A stretch of 64,000 nucleotides of DNA from NCBI RefSeq assembly GCF_009914755.1, contig NC_060940.1. One strand, 5' to 3'. The stretch is from the human T2T-CHM13v2.0 reference genome, Homo sapiens. The translations under genes and the position numbers were made by a program. Positions within the stretch are counted from its first letter, which is position 1; each line of letters begins with the position of its first letter. Shown one piece after another: positions 12,931 through 27,214 of this stretch. The notes beneath the pieces are model-generated. The model was not told the origin of the DNA, made no database searches, and worked only from the letters and a program-made list of their open reading frames with translations.

Positions 12931-13234
12931 AGAAATAGCATAGACCTAAGGAGAAAAACATATGGAAGCAACTCTAGATCTTGTAAATTGCATTTTCCTA
13001 TAATCAGCAGATATTATGTGAAAACTGGCTAGATTCAAACTAAAACGCATTGCACAAGTATTTGTAGCATGGTGTTTTTGTCTTAAGCAATTGTTTAAAA
13101 GTTTGGATTATAATGGCATTTTATTGAATTGTAATATGATGGGTAACATTCTAAATAAAATACAATAAAGGAAAGAAACTGAAATTAGCTCCTTCAGTAA
13201 GCACTTGGATCAAGGGCAATGATAGATGATACAT

Positions 13235-13304
<70 letters not shown>
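13235..13304 (+). repeat. compound tetranucleotide STR (GATA)10(GACA)7
   Basis: Counted directly from the sequence. Confidence 0.97.
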
Positions 13305-13945
13305 GTAGTATAAATTTAAGGAGCACAAGTGCAGTTTTGTTACATGGATATATTGCATAGTGGTGAAGTATGGGCTTTTAGTGTACCCATAACCCAAATA
13401 GTACACATTGTGCCCATTAAGTAATTTCTTCTTAGCCTCACCCCTGTCCCACCCTCCGCCCTTCCAGGTCTCCAATGCCGATTGTTCCACACTCTATGCC
13501 CATGTTTACCCATTATTTAGCTCCCACTGGTAAGTGAGAACATGCGATATTTGACTTTTTGTTTCTAAGTTGTTTCACTTAAGATAATGGCCTCCAGTTC
13601 CATCCATGTTGCTGCAAAATACATTATTTCATTCTTTTTATGGCTGAATAATATTCCATTAAATATACTGGAATATGCCACATTTTCTTTATACAACCAT
13701 CTGTTGATGGACACAAGATGATTCCATAGCTTTGCTATTGTGAACAATGCTGGAATAAACCTACAAGCTTTTTGATATAATGATTTCTTTCCCTTTGGGT
13801 AAATACTCAGTATTGGGATTGCTGTATTGAATGGTAATTCTATTTTTAGTCCTCTTTGAGAAATCTTGTATACCATTTTCCATAGAGCTTGTACTAATTT
13901 ACATCCTCACCAACACTGTATAAGCATTTTCTTCTCCACATTCTT
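13305..13945 (-). mobile_element. L1PB-type 3' end
   Basis: Minus ORF 'KKNEIMYFAATWMELEAIILSE'; L1PB-like 3'UTR; degenerate TSD aagggcaatgata / aagggcaacaata. Confidence 0.9.
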
Positions 13946-14209
13946 GAAGGGCAACAATATTATTAGAGGAACTTCAGCTGGTAAAATAAAGCAGTTCTAA
14001 CATTCATACTTCTTATAATTTGAGTATGTAAAATAAAATTTTCTCTCATAGTTCTTGATTATCTTTGTTTTCCTCAAGAGTTTGAGGGAGTGAGAAAAGG
14101 CTTATAATGTTTTCTTTTACAAGAAGGGATCTATTTTAGCATAACATTAAAAAGGCATATCTCTCACGCTTCCTCTCTCTTTCTCTTTTTCTTTTTCTTT
14201 TTTATTTAA

Positions 14210-14920
14210 ATATGCTCTTCATGTCTTTCAACTGATTGGATGAGGCTCACCCAGATTATTGAGGATAATCTCCTATACATAAAGCCAATGTTAACCACAT
14301 CTACAAAATTAACTCCACAGCCACACCTAGATTAGGGTTTGATTGAATAACTGGGTGCTATTGAGAGGTGAAGCCAGCTGAACTTCTGGGTTTGGTGGGG
14401 ACTTGGAGAACTTTTCTGTCTTACAAGAGGATTGTAAAATACACCAATCAGCACTCTGTAGCTAGGATTGTAAAATGCACCAACCAGCGCTCTGTGGCTA
14501 GCTAGAGGTTTGTAAAATGCTCCAATCAGCACTCTGTAAAAACACACCAATCAGCACTCTGTGGCTAGCTAGAGGTTTGTAAAATGGACCAATCAGCACC
14601 CTGTAAATTGTGCCAATCAGCACCCAGTAAAATGGACCAATCAGCAGGACACAGGCGGGGACAAATAAGGGAATAAAAGCTGGCCACTCCAGCCAACAGC
14701 AGCAACCCGCTCGGGTCCCCTTCTACACTATGGAGGCTTTGTTCTTTTGCTCTTCCCAATAAATCTTGCTGCTGCTCACTCTTTGGGTCCACACCACCTC
14801 TAAAAGCTGTAAAACTCACGATGAAGGTCCACAGCTTCATTCCTGAAGTCAGCAAGACCATGAACCCACCAGAAGGAACAAACTCCTGACACACTATAGT
14901 GTAGCCTAGCTGACCACCAC
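14210..14920 (-). mobile_element. MLT2 (ERVL) LTR fragment interrupted by LTR12
   Basis: 'aactgattggatgaggctcaccc...acacctagattag...gaataactggg' resumes after the LTR12 as 'agcctagc...accaca'. Confidence 0.8.
14362..14893 (+). mobile_element. LTR12 (ERV9 family; LTR12F-like) solo LTR
   Basis: TGAGAGGTGAAGCCAGC...GACACA; perfect 4-bp TSD CTAT (14358-61, 14894-97); tandem CCAATCAGC units; gaataaaa TATA-like box and an AATAAA. Confidence 0.93.
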
Positions 14921-16056
14921 AGTCTTCAAGCTCATTGTTGATTCACACTTAAGTTGCATTCTCAGATACCAGCTTTCCTTAGCACATAGTAGGTGTTCCA
15001 GATGTTCTGATTTGAGTAAGTGCCTGAATGATGCACTCCATCTGCTTACTCTTCTCAATTTGTTTGTAACTCAGTAGGCATGAAAAGATACAGTTTATCA
15101 TAACCCCTCAAACTCTCTGTCCTCTCCATACTCTCCAGTCTGAGTCCAGTAAGTTCAAGGAATGATAGAAGCCAAAACTAGAGGAAAATTGTCCCATAGA
15201 ACAAAGAGGGTCCCTAAAGTGGGATTGTCTGCAGCCAACAGCAATGTGGAAAGAAAAGACATGTCTGCCTGGTGAAGGACTTTGGACAAAGTTGGCAAGT
15301 TGCCCTTGGCCTCAGAGTGGAACAGGAGAGCAATCAAATGTTTTTCATGACCCTAAATGGGGAGCAGCACTAGCTGAGGGAGATCAAAGCTGGAAAAGCT
15401 GGGCTTCCAGAAGTGAAGGACAACACAGCAGCCTCAATCAATGATCCAGGCCAGGTGGGACATTCTCAGCAAATGACAGCCATGAGATTTGAGGATGCAA
15501 GACTTGATACCCCTCCTCTATAAAGCTGTAACCTCAGTAGGGATCCAAGAAATTAGACACAGCCCTAAGAGAAACATGCAGAAATGAGCAGAATAGACCC
15601 CAAATAGATCAAAATTCTGTCCCACCCTCTGCCATCCCTCTCAGAATGGAAAGTCAACAGCAAAATTAAGTTTGGTGGTGAAAAAATAACTTTACATTTT
15701 CTTCACATCAATTTGTGGGGCAATATGCATACTTGGCTACACACACAGACTGGCGGTGTGGACTGCAAATGATTTAGTCTGAAAGCTCCAGCCCCACGGC
15801 CACCCTTTTTTTAACTAAATAAAGCTTTTTGATCATTCCATAGATTAGACCTGGGCTAAAAGAGTGCCCCAAGTTGTCTAGGATCTATCTTCCCAGCAAC
15901 TGAAGAAAGAATAATGTCTACTACTGGAGCAGGAAAAGGTAGATGTGTGCTCTAACCCAGCAAAGAAGCATATAGGTGCCTTGCTTTATCAAGAAGCGGA
16001 GGGCCGGCCAGTTTGGGGAGGTGTTTTTTCATTGCATACAAAATATGAAATTTTCA

Positions 16057-16203
16057 GCCAGGCACAGTGGCTTATGCCTGTAATCCCAGAACTTTGGGAG
16101 GTCAAGGTGGGTCGATCACTTGAGGTCAGGAGTTTGAGACCAGCCTGGGCAACATGGCAAAACCCCTTCTCTACTAAAAATACAAAAATTAACCAGGCAT
16201 GGT
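16057..16203 (+). mobile_element. 3'-truncated Alu (left arm plus linker)
   Basis: The Alu stops about 10 nt into the right arm and abuts an L1M 3' fragment. Confidence 0.9.
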
Positions 16204-16615
16204 CTACTCATGGTAGAGTCACACAATAAAATAATAATAATAGTAATAAGACTAAGTGATCTACAACTACACTTAAGAACTACACTTAAGAACTTGGATG
16301 AATCTTACAAAGAGTTTAGTGAAAGAACACAGAAAGAAAAGTGTGTGCACACTATGATTCTTTTTATATAAAGTATAAACATGTGAAAAAATAGACGAAA
16401 CTATTCAGTGCCATTAGAAGTCAGAAGAGTGGCTTCCCTTGTGGGAACAGTGACTGAAAAGGAACGCAAATGGGGCTTGAGGCACTAGAAATGCTCGGTT
16501 TGTCAATCTGGGTCATAGAGGCATGAGTATTTTCAGGTTGTAAAAGTTCAACAAACTGTAGACTTACCTCATGTGCACTCCTCTGTACGTAATACTTCAA
16601 TAAAAAGTTTAAAAT
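16204..16615 (+). mobile_element. old L1M (L1MC/ME) 3' end
   Basis: 'ttggatgaatcttaca...tatgattc...ttagaagtcaga...tacttcaataaaaagtt'. Confidence 0.75.
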
Positions 16616-17029
16616 ATATATCTTCTAGATTGTCTACTATATTGGTGTCGTTGAAAGTAGGACACACCTTTCATGTCAATGTGTGACTATATATGGATTC
16701 AGATTCTCCAAAAATGAATTCCCCAAATGTAGCTTAAAATTATTTTATTGAGTTCTGCTAGCCATGAGTTCTAGTTACAGTTGCCTTAAAATTAAAATAA
16801 TATATTTCTTAAGGTTTTGCTAGAAACATGAGGCCAGTCTAAAAATAAAATTTGGAGTATTGCTACCCTTGAATATCATCTACAATGTCTTGGTTAAATA
16901 ATCAAAGTACTGGTAAATAATCTGATGAATAATCAAACTACTGTTTATTAGATAACTAGCATATCTTGGGTTCTATATGAGTCTCTGGTGGGAAGGAAAA
17001 TGGGCACTTTGGCTATTCTCAGGGAATGT

Positions 17030-17389
17030 AAGTTCTGGTGAGATATACTTCAACTTAACCAGTAACAGGGAACTCATTATTTCACAAGGAATCCTATTCT
17101 ACTCTGGTAACTTTGATTGTTAGAAATGACTTTCTTACATTAAAATGAAATCTCTCTCCCTGTGGCTTCCTGTTTGGTCTCTGAAGTAACAAAACAAACT
17201 TTCGTGTCTCCTGAGGCACACTTAGTTTAAATTAAATACCCTGTGTCCTTTTCACCATACCTTATTTGACACTGTTTCAAATCCCTCACTTTCTGGCCAC
17301 CCTCTTGGGACAAGCTCCAGATTGGCAAGATTTGTTTCAAAGTATTGGACTCAGAGCCAGACACAATATTGCAGCTGAGACTTGATCTA
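17030..17389. mobile_element. L3/CR1-like LINE relic
   Basis: 'agggaactcattatttcacaagg...ttgttagaaa...ttcttacattaaa' resembles mammalian CR1. Confidence 0.5.
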
Positions 17390-17610
17390 CAGCAGGATTT
17401 CTCAAGGATTGGCACTATTGACGTTTTGGGCAGGAATCATTCTTTGTTGTAGGCCTCTCCTGTGCATTGTAGGATGAGTAGTTGCATCCCTGGCTTCCAC
17501 CCACCAGATGCAAATAGCAAACCTGCACCAGCTGTGACAATCAAAAATGTGTCCTGACATAGCCAAAGATCCCCTGGGAGGCAAAATTGTCCCCAGGTAA
17601 GAACAGCATG
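17390..17610 (-). mobile_element. MER20 (hAT-Charlie)
   Basis: 'ggcactattgacgttttggg...tgtgcattgtaggatg...tgtgacaatcaaaaatgt...ggcaaaattgtcccc'. Confidence 0.9.
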
Positions 17611-20524
17611 ATCACCAGGCTTCCAGTCTAGATGTTCGACATCTACCCTTAAGCCATTAAGTTGCCAATGTTGCATGGCTTCTTAGGCACTAACTATAAG
17701 GTCATTCTTGCTTGCAGGTACATCACCCAAAATAAAGACATACATAAATATTAATATAATAAAGTGGAATAAAAAGGCAGTCCTCAAGAGAAAAACAGTT
17801 TGCATAGAGTCCCCACGAAGTGGAAACTCTCTTGCCACTCTCTGTAAAATACAGTTGAGAGTTTTATTTTATATCCATGTCTCTTCCAGAAGAGAATGAT
17901 CACAGTAGAATTCAACAGATAAATTGAGTCTCTATGACCAGATAAAGGAGAACCAGGATTCAGAAACAAAGTATGTATAATTAAACATAAAAGTATGTTT
18001 AATTCCACACCAAACCCATCTCCTATCCCATTATGATGAGGCAGGAAAACTAATAGTTTATGGAAAGGAGAGACATGCAGTAGACCATGAGGTTCTTAAA
18101 ATCCTCAAGAGTCTTACAGGTAAGAATCAAAAATCTGGTCTTGATTCTATGCTTAATAAGCATATCTTGCAACTGAATGAATAATAACCCAGTGGGTAAA
18201 AAGCAGGCAGAGAAATTAGCAGGCAGTGTGGTTTTACTGTGGAATCCAAGGAGTATCTTAATCAGTCTGATTTTAGTTTAGCGGGTAGACTTTTGAAATG
18301 AGCAATAGATTGGATCTTAGATACTTTGTAAACTATAGAAATTCAAGTTTGTTGCTTAACAGGGATTCGTTGGTGCATTCTAGAATTCTCTTTATAAAAT
18401 GAGATCAGCTTGTCGCCAAATTACTCTTCTGGAATAGGGTGGAGTAAACACTTAGCACAAAAAGATAAAGTTATCTGCTCATTTTTCTTCTGTCTAGAGT
18501 AAGTGCTCTTTGAGTTGTCTCATTCATTTGAGAGGGAAAGAAAACACAGTATTTTGGTTTGGGTGTGCATAACTAGAGGAATTCCTTAAAGCTTGGGGTG
18601 GGAAGCGGGCAGTGAAAGGCCGATGGTTGATTCTTTTGTTTGGTTTTTATTGTGCATGACTAAATGTATTAGACATGTTGGATCACAGAGAATATGCGTC
18701 CGTGAATCACGGCGCTGTTGAATTTGTATGTGTCTTGCCTGCTAATATCAGTTGCTCTTTCCAGCAAAGGCCTCCCTACTCACATGATATCAGAGTTACT
18801 TTAATAAAATTAGAGACACAGCATGCTATGTGAGTCTTCTGTAAGAAATAAGAGATCCTTCCCAAAATGATGCCTGGCGATTTGCTTTTTTTCTTCAAAA
18901 CAAAATAGCAAAGGACCAGGGATGGGGAAGTAGGAAGCATGGTGCAGGAAAGGGAATAATGAACATAATGGGTTTTAGGAACTACTCTTTATGGCCCACA
19001 CCAAACTACAAGTAAAAGCACGTTTTTAAAAATTTAATCTTTTCAACAAAAATACATTGAGTCTCTACTATGTTAAAGGGGTTTGGCTTGGCTAGGGTAT
19101 GTTCCCTATGATTTCTGGAAAGCTACTGATTCAAAGGACAGACCATTCACTAAATGCATGGGTTTCTTTTTATTCTTTTATGGATGGAGTAGTAATAAAG
19201 TATTGCATTGGGCTACCACTAGACACCAGGGGGAGAAATCTGAACGTCAAAAGGTTTTCATCAGCTTTATTATCATTCCTTGGGAGAAGAAAAATGAGAT
19301 TTACTTAATCGCAGAAGTATGACAAATTTCTTTCTTCAAATCTCGAAATGTTTTTCAGTGAAGATTTTCAATTGAGAGAGATTATTATTGTTGGGGGGGG
19401 AATCCCTGAAAACGCCCGTGTTTGAAAATCCCTCACCAAGAGGATTACTGCTAGCTTTATTGCTATGTCACAAAGCCAGGTGCTTTGTTGTTTAAAACAA
19501 CGATAATATGGTCTACCAGACCAGGAGCCAGTGGTCAGATAGTGCTCCTGGCCTTCTCTGTACTATGCAACCTTGAATTTGTCATTTTATTTCTTTATGC
19601 CTTGGTTTCCCCATTTGCAAAAGAAGGGCTTTGGGCTAGATTATCTTTAAGGCCGCAACAGCTCGAAGAAATCTTAAGATTAAATTTGTTCCTGCCTGCC
19701 AGCCAGATATCACTCTAAGCAAACATATTTGCTCCACTGAATGGCTGTGTTTTTCCACACACATAATTGAAGATATTTTATACCTGAAGTTACAATTTCA
19801 TCACTTACCTACCCCATATCATTTAAGGTCTCCTCATTCTGCTTTGAAGTTCAAAGAAAGAGAAGACTCTGTATAATGAGAATGGCCCCTTTGAAATGCT
19901 CCCTTTCGCAGCTGCAAGCTTGGCAGATCCTGCACTGTACGAAGGCGAGGAGGCTATTGTGATGCAGATGTGCTCCAAAGTGCATCTGCAGCAAGAACAT
20001 TTCCATGGGTCTTTACTGTATTTCTTCTATTATTCATAGAACACAATGTAAATGAAGCCATAAATTTTACCCCCCACACTAGATGGAGAAAGAAGATAAT
20101 GGAAATTGTGAATTATGAATGAATCACTGTTATTGTAATTCCTTAAGGATTCTGATGGAGATGATTAAATTCATGCAAAGACACAGATTCTAAACTTTTA
20201 TGCCTGAGTGAGTCCCTAGTAATGCCTCTTGGAATTTCACAAGGAATGGAATAGAGACGATCTTGGTGTTGCATTTACCTGCCAAATTATCTCACGGATA
20301 ATCTACCTAGGCCTGGACAGATCACCTTATTAAAGATAAAGAATTCATTCCCGGGGGAGGAGAGGATGTTGCAAAATATATGTGTCTTGCAACTACTCAG
20401 ACATATTGCTTAGGATCCTAAACACAAAACATTTGAAACCCCTAACCCTGAGTCCTTGGAATGTATTCTTTTAGAGAACTGGAGGGAGAAAGAGCAAAAT
20501 AAGTAGGAGTCAATATCTTTCTTA

Positions 20525-20857
<333 letters not shown>

Positions 20858-21959
20858 CTAAATAACAAAAATTCTGGAGAACAATAATTCTCTCAACCAT
20901 GGTACTCAATTCTTCTTAATAATGACAGTAGACCACAAGATTCAGAAGCCATTCTGGTTCTGATGGTGATAGAAAGTGATCAGAAGTATTTTACTGATCT
21001 GAGACAAAGTCTCTGGAAAATTTCAACCTTAATCCACTTTTGCCCTGTGCCAGGCTTTTAGAAGGTGACAAGCCCCCTAAATGAGATTTGAGATGATATT
21101 TAACAGTTCAAGTGCCATTCCAGAAAGAATTCTCTTTTGCAGAACCCCAAAATAGATCTTTGACATTTTTATACAACCGAATATGCATGGATTGATAAAG
21201 ATTTAGGCACATGCAGACTTCTGTTCAGTCGCTGCTTTCTACTCTCGAACACAAAATAATTTAAGATTTAGAATGTTTCAGGGTGTGAAAGGTAGGAGTG
21301 GAGATTTTTTTTCCTAAATGATATTAAATATTCACCAAAATTTAGTAGATGCAAGATGAACTAGGAGTTCTTGAGCAGCCAAAATCCCTTCCCTGAGCCT
21401 CAACATCCTTGTCCACAAAATGAAAAATTTGGACTAGAGGGTCTCTAGGGAATGTCCAGCTATAACCTTCCCAGTTCTTGAGAAGAAAGCAAAAAGTGAT
21501 GCAAATGTTCTTCCTTTATTATCAATGGGGCCTGAGCTATGAGGAGTTTTAGAGGCTAGGACCTCGTCTGTGGTCTTGAGGGCTCACAAGTGTCCTAGAG
21601 CCTTAATAGGGGGTTTTCTATATAGGGTAAAATTTGGGGGCCCAGCAAGGTTGCTGTAGCTGCTGGCCAAGGGGAGTCTTTGCCAGGTGCCAGAGGTAAG
21701 GGCAGTTAATGATCTAAAGATGCTGGTTTCTCAGCCCCTCCGAGCTGCAACCGTGCTCACTTGATCAGGTGCGGAAATGGAGGCCAGACAGTATCTTAGA
21801 GAAACTCCTGTCGGATCCATCCATATGGGACCTCCAGTCTGCTTCCTTCAGCACAGGTCCCATCATCCATCTCTCTCCTTCCTCATGAACCCTCCTGACA
21901 ACTCCAAGGTATCAGTCACCATCCAACCAGGAAAACAGAACTTGGGCCAACTTGAGAGC

Positions 21960-22375
21960 ATTGAATGTGGAGAATGAGTAACAGAGGTGTTAGAAAAGCT
22001 GAAAACACATCAGGGGACATTGAGGCAACCTGGAGAGTTGCAGGAACGTAGGATGGAGGAGGTGTTCCCAGAGCCCAGGTGTTCCCTACAGATAAGAGCC
22101 AGAGTGGGGGTAGCTGCCTACTGGGAGCTGGAGCCATGGTAATGCAGCTACTGTCAGAGACGCCACCAGAAGCAGAAAAATGAGGGAGAAATATCCTAAC
22201 TCCCTCCTCTCACCCTCAGACAGAATGTCTATGGCTCGCCTTGGGCAAATCTACCCAGAAGCCAGAGGAACAAGAGAACCTGGGGGATGGGATGGACTCT
22301 GTAGGAATCAACCCTAAGACAGGAACCAGAGGAGCAGAAGGATGAGAAATGAACCTCACAGCAAACAGGCAGTGA
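21960..22375 (-). mobile_element. old ERVL LTR (LTR33/LTR16-like)
   Basis: 'cccagaagccagaggaacaagaga' is the reverse complement of the LTR33-type core motif. Confidence 0.5.
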
Positions 22376-22491
22376 CCCCATGCCGGGATATCCCTTCCAG
22401 CACAAGGAACTGTGGTGTTTCTCTTGTAGGCAACTCTAATCCTTCTGTTTCTCCCAGGCCTACGCTTTTGGAACTCAAAACCAAGAAGAGA

Positions 22492-23306
<815 letters not shown>

Positions 23307-23705
23307 AAACTCTTGTCTCTGAATCTCTGCAAAGGCAGTGAAGATGGAGGGCCAGGCTCAATGAATGGAGAAGCACGAAGAGCTGTAGAGAAACACAGAG
23401 ACTAAAACCACGTGATTAATACTTTCAAAATGTTATATCATGGCATGTTATTTTCCACACTCACTTGGATTTGCTGGTCTCAGAGCCCTGTTGCCTGCTA
23501 CAATAGCCTCCTAACCGTACTTCCCATCACTGACACCCTGCATTAAAATTAACTTTTTACATGTGGAAAATCCCCATCAACTTTACATCACAGACATAGC
23601 CCATATTAATTCTTCATATGTTCCAATTTGATAACACCAGGAGACAAATACCTATGACTCATTCCTCAAAAGGTAGAAGTCCTTTCCCACCCTCATCCCT
23701 CATTT

Positions 23706-24008
<303 letters not shown>

Positions 24009-24059
24009 TCCCACCCTCATTTCTTACTCAAGGTGTTGGGTCACACTTCTATAATGCCC

Positions 24060-24262
24060 ACTGCTTCTCCCTTTGCAATGTGATTCACACTTGTACTTAT
24101 CCCTACAAAAGCTGTCTTTCCCTGCACTATTAAGCTTTAACATGTTAGGGACTGTGTCAGTGTGATTCACCAATATATTTCTGTTTCCATAGTACCTGGC
24201 GTTTAGCTGGCATTTCATCAATATTTGTGGAATGAATGGATGAATGAATGAAGGAATGAACA
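24060..24262 (+). mobile_element. L2 3' end
   Basis: Ends 'aatatttgtggaatgaatggatgaatgaatgaa'. Confidence 0.85.
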
Positions 24263-24894
24263 AAGCCAACCTATAGGACTGCCTTCAAGCATGATGGAGA
24301 GACACTTTCCTCTTCGGAAAGATGGCGCTTCACATAGAGAAAGAAGGAAGTGCCAAAGATATCATGAGTCCCAAAGTTATCTACCTGCTGACCCACCATG
24401 GTGATGAAATTCTTTGCACAGATTCACCTCTTAGGACCCACATGCATAGTCCCCAAGAAGCACCTATTAAGTACAAGTTGTTAGTTAAGTAGCATATTTA
24501 GGCCATACCAGAAAAGAAAGTAGTTGACAAGGATGAAATGAACATTCTGAGGCCACTGAAGCTACGGGATTTAGGCTTGGGAATAGCTGCTTCAATTAAA
24601 ATAATTCTTTCCAAGTACAATTTGCAAATGTAATTTTTATGTCTGACTCTCCTTAAAAATCTTTCACCTTTTTATGAAATTTCCATAATTACTTTTTGAC
24701 AGGAAAGTTTCCTTTTCCAAAAACTGTGAGTTTCCGAAATACCAGTGATTTCTTCCTCAGTCCCATGGTTCTTAAAGTAAGATGAAGCAAAGGTTTTGTT
24801 TAGACAGAAGGCTTAAATCAACGAATAAGTACATAGGTATTTACAAACCGCCTAAAGTATTAAAATATGAGTAGAAAGAACAAGGAATTCAAGG

Positions 24895-25065
24895 AAGAGT
24901 TTCCCAAGTGTGACAGCTCCTCAAAACCATCTCAGATTGTTTGAGCTCATATTTCCAAGTCTCTGCCTAGAGATTCCGATTTGATAGGCTGGGTCTGCAG
25001 CCCATGAGTCTGCATCATAAAGCTCCCCAGTGATGCCAATGAGCAGACATTTGAGGTCCCACTAA
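24895..25065. mobile_element. MER5-like hAT MITE
   Basis: 'agagattccgattt...tctgcat...aagctccccagtgatgccaatg'. Confidence 0.6.
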
Positions 25066-25199
25066 GCTCTCTTCTGACTTTGATGTTCTAATGGTCCCAG
25101 TCTTTTCATAGCAACAAGCACTTGCTCCAGAAACCCCTACTTTGTAAGGGGACCATGAAAAGGTGAAGGTTCTCCCCCTACAGGGCTCTGCTTAGAGGG

Positions 25200-25512
25200 T
25201 CTCATCAGTGATAACAACAGCCACTGTTCACAGAGTGCTTTCCACACACAAAGTCTTGCTCTCAGCATGCACACACACATGACTGAGCTAAGGGCTTTCC
25301 AAACACTACTAACTTAAAGGGATTTTTCAACACTACCTTAATTCTTTCAGTAAGCCTCCCATGTAAGTCTAATAACCTCCCTTCCATGAAGGGACCAACC
25401 CAGGCTTAGAGAGGTTGAGAAGCTTGCCCAAGTCCCCTATCTTGTGAGTGGTATAAGCAGGATTTGAACTCACAGCTGTCTGATTCCAAAGCCATACATT
25501 TAGCCACTGTTC
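25200..25512 (-). mobile_element. MIR
   Basis: 'ggcttagagaggttgagaagcttgcccaag...ggatttgaactcacagctgtctgattccaaagcc'. Confidence 0.85.
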
Positions 25513-25664
25513 TGGCCCATCTACCATAACAAAGGGCAGGCGATTCCCATTTATACACAGGTGCTGGAAACAGGGACAAGATTCAAATCCCAACCCCTCC
25601 TCTCAACAAGAAAGGAACCACAAAGTAAGCAAAGAGACACAGAAAGGTAAGCACATCCACTTCT

Positions 25665-26140
25665 TTTCCACACAAAAGTCCTGCTACAAGCATTATTCAC
25701 AGCAGCCAAACAGCAGAAACAATCTGCATTTTCATCAGCAGATAAATGGGATAAAGGCAGGGTGGCATATACAGGCCATGGAATATTATTCAGCTTTAAA
25801 GAAAGAATGTATCATGTTCTAATACATTCTACAACATGGATGAACTTTGAAAACCTACGGTAAGTGAAATAAGCCAGACACAAAATGACAAATATTGTAG
25901 GACCCCATTCATATACTCATCAGGTACTTAGAATAGGCAAACTCCTAGGGACAGAAGGAGACTGGAAAATAATGATAACTCCCCGTTCTGCATCTGGGGG
26001 AGGGTGCATGGGGAGTTATTTTTTAATGAGCACAGAGCTTCTGTTTAGGGTGATGAAAAAGTTCTGGAAATGGTTGCACAAGACTGTGGATGTAGTCAAT
26101 ACCATTGAATTTTATACTTAAATATGATTAAAATAGTACC
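25665..26140 (+). mobile_element. L1MB-type 3' end
   Basis: 'ctacaacatggatgaactttgaaaac...aagtgaaataagccagacacaaaatgacaaatattg'. Confidence 0.88.
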
Positions 26141-27214
26141 CAAAAAATCACAACCACAAGCATACTAGAGATTAATCACAGAAATACAAGAATGATTTAA
26201 TATTATAAAATCCATACATGTAACTGACTTTAATAGATTAAAAGAGAGAAAATATTTTTTAAAAAACACCCTGTTACCATCACTGAGCCCAAAGCTATTT
26301 CCTATGCTAATGACTGCCAGTCAACTCTGCCTGAAATTTTTAAGCAGGCCGTAAAGTCAGGTGTCAACAGGAGACCATTATAAAAATGGCACTAGATAAG
26401 GGTCATTTGTAGAGCTTTCTATTCCTTTATTTTACATTTTTCTTCTGTTTGTCCAGAGAAATCAATTCAGTAAACCTATGGACTGTCTTTTAAAACGTGA
26501 ATTATGGGGTTATTTAAGTTCTCATCGCTGGAAATTCTTTTTCCCTTAGCACTTCCAGTTTCACTATTCCCCAAGATTTCAAATTACAAATGTTTCAACA
26601 AAGTAAACTTTCTAATGTACAGTGGATTTCCATTTTTTCCCCATCACAAATAGTGTGGTGTTCCCCACTCACCTGTAAAGAGACTTTAATACAGTAGTTC
26701 TCTACAGCTCTGAAGGAGGATAGATGAAAGTGTAACAAACTGTAAAATCACAACCTGTGTGAGACTGCAGAGGGACATTCACCAAATTCTAAAAAGCCAA
26801 GGTCTAGGGAACGTCTGCTTTTAAGTACCAAAGAGGTAGTAAAAAATAAAAACCAAAGAAAAATGAAATGGTTTACTCAACATCCAGCGGCATAATGAAT
26901 TTACAAATAGTCAGACTCCGTATGTAAATACCACCATGGCTGTGGGGAAGTTTGTGGATGACACCTTCATTCTGGATTCTTGAATAAATGGTCAATAATT
27001 ATTATTGATATATCATTTAAATTTAAGTAACTTAGAATGAATAATATTTCAAGAGGCCCCTCCCCCTTCCAGACAACTGCAGTATTAAGGGAGGCTAGAT
27101 TAATTCACGGATCACACAGCAATAATTGGACACCAACGAAAGGAGTCTGTGGGTCACTTCAAGTTGCCACCTGAGAATATCTATTAGTATAGAAACCTGA
27201 CCACAGTACATCCA

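Noticed and set aside
14430-14650. Regularly spaced repeats resembling a CRISPR-like array
   Set aside because: These are the normal tandem CCAAT units of LTR12; there are no unique spacers or cas genes, and the DNA is primate.
15080-15700. Possible additional old LTR or unique regulatory block (also ~21540-21760)
   Set aside because: I could not assign ends, TSDs or a family from the sequence alone, so it is left unannotated.
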